Below the pieces are notes generated by a model, which worked only from the letters and a program-made list of their open reading frames with translations, searched no databases and had not been told where the DNA came from. 64,000 bases of DNA from Verrucomicrobiia bacterium (lineage in GTDB: Bacteria > Verrucomicrobiota > Verrucomicrobiia > JADLBR01), in contig DAOOOX010000003.1 in the NCBI GenBank assembly GCA_035387945.1, positions 10,851 through 74,850 of the forward strand, given 5' to 3'. Shown here piece by piece: positions 63,335-64,000 of the stretch (the stretch's first letter is position 1; every line of letters begins with the position of its first letter). The position numbers and the translations under genes are program-made.

Positions 63335-64000
63335 ATGAAACCCCAATTCGCCATCGGACTCGACTACGGCACCAACTCGGTCCGCGCCCTGATCGTCAAC
63401 TGCGCAAACGGCCGCGAGATCGCCACCGCTGTCTGGAATTTCGCACACGGCACGAAAGGCGTCATCCTCTCGCGCGATCCCAACCTCGCACGTCAGCATC
63501 CCGCCGACTACGTCACGGGCGCCGAGAAGACCGTCCGCGCCGCGCTCGCAGCCGCCAAACGCTCGGTCCGCGGCTTCAGGCCCGAGCAGATCATCGGCAT
63601 CGGCGTCGACACGACCGGATCCACCCCACTCCCTGTCGACGCGGACGGTCGCCCGCTCGCCTTCGACAAGCGTTTCGCCAAGAATCCCGCCGCGATGGCG
63701 TGGCTGTGGAAGGATCACACCGGCGTCGCCGAGGCCGCCGAAATCACCGCCCTCGCCCGCGAGATCCGCCCCCAGTATCTGGCGAAATGCGGTGGCACCT
63801 ATTCCTCCGAATGGTTCTTCAGCAAGATCCTTCACTGCCTGCGCACGAGCCCCGAGGTCTTCGATGCCGCGCACATGTGGGTCGAGTGCGCCGACTGGAT
63901 TCCCGCCATGCTCACCGGAACCGAGCACCCCGACAACCTCTCCATCGGCATCTGCGCGGCCGGCCACAAGGCCATGTTCCACAATTCCTGGGGCGGCTAC
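63335..64000 (+). CDS. araB: ribulokinase (FGGY family), 3' end outside the window
   Basis: FAIGLDYGTNSVRALIV...GIGVDTTGSTPLPVD...WLWKDHTGVAEAAEITALAREIRPQYLAKCGGTYSSEWFFSKILH is the typical AraB N-terminal domain. Confidence 0.85.
   Translation, partial: MKPQFAIGLDYGTNSVRALIVNCANGREIATAVWNFAHGTKGVILSRDPNLARQHPADYVTGAEKTVRAALAAAKRSVRGFRPEQIIGIGVDTTGSTPLPVDADGRPLAFDKRFAKNPAAMAWLWKDHTGVAEAAEITALAREIRPQYLAKCGGTYSSEWFFSKILHCLRTSPEVFDAAHMWVECADWIPAMLTGTEHPDNLSIGICAAGHKAMFHNSWGGY

Overview
This is a high-GC (~65-68%) chromosomal segment, most likely from a PVC-superphylum bacterium (Verrucomicrobia or Planctomycetes). The evidence for that is a DUF1549/DUF1553 + DUF1501 gene pair, sulfatases with HEAT tails, four-helix-bundle remnants and many glycoside hydrolases. 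Because of the high GC, most long reverse-strand ORFs in the track are shadow ORFs and were discarded. The window contains, in order: (i) housekeeping operons xseA-xseB, dnaG-rpoD, serS, a TPP-riboswitch-controlled thiC, and nadA-lspA-panE-nif3. (ii) A minus-strand array of envelope and signalling genes: a CpaE/TadZ-like REC-MinD ATPase with Arg-substituted Walker A, an inner-membrane protein, an AmiC amidase, a REC-coiled-coil-PAS-REC protein and a coiled-coil OmpA/MotB-like protein. (iii) An mcsB-clpC pair with no mcsA/ctsR, and an orphan parA. (iv) A compact chemosensory module that I consider the most interesting system here. It is a transmembrane CheA-like kinase (CHASE4-HAMP-PAS-HPt-HATPase) with no P5/CheW-like domain and only a vestigial P3, translationally coupled to cheY and cheX. 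(v) A sulfatase whose 5' end is fused to a four-helix-bundle gene remnant, next to a beta-propeller gene fragment and an ~0.8 kb low-GC islet. (vi) A DUF1549/1553-DUF1501-PPC-domain operon. (vii) An L-arabinofuranoside utilisation locus with two GH51, one GH127/DUF1680, a heparinase II/III-like lyase, a 1309-aa secreted protein with an internal duplication, a FucI-type isomerase and ribulokinase. Noncoding features are a frameshifted six-hairpin glycosidase-like gene, a hairpin-dense intergenic region whose TTTCAC/GTGAAA palindromic repeat recurs 37 kb away, and stem-loops after several genes.
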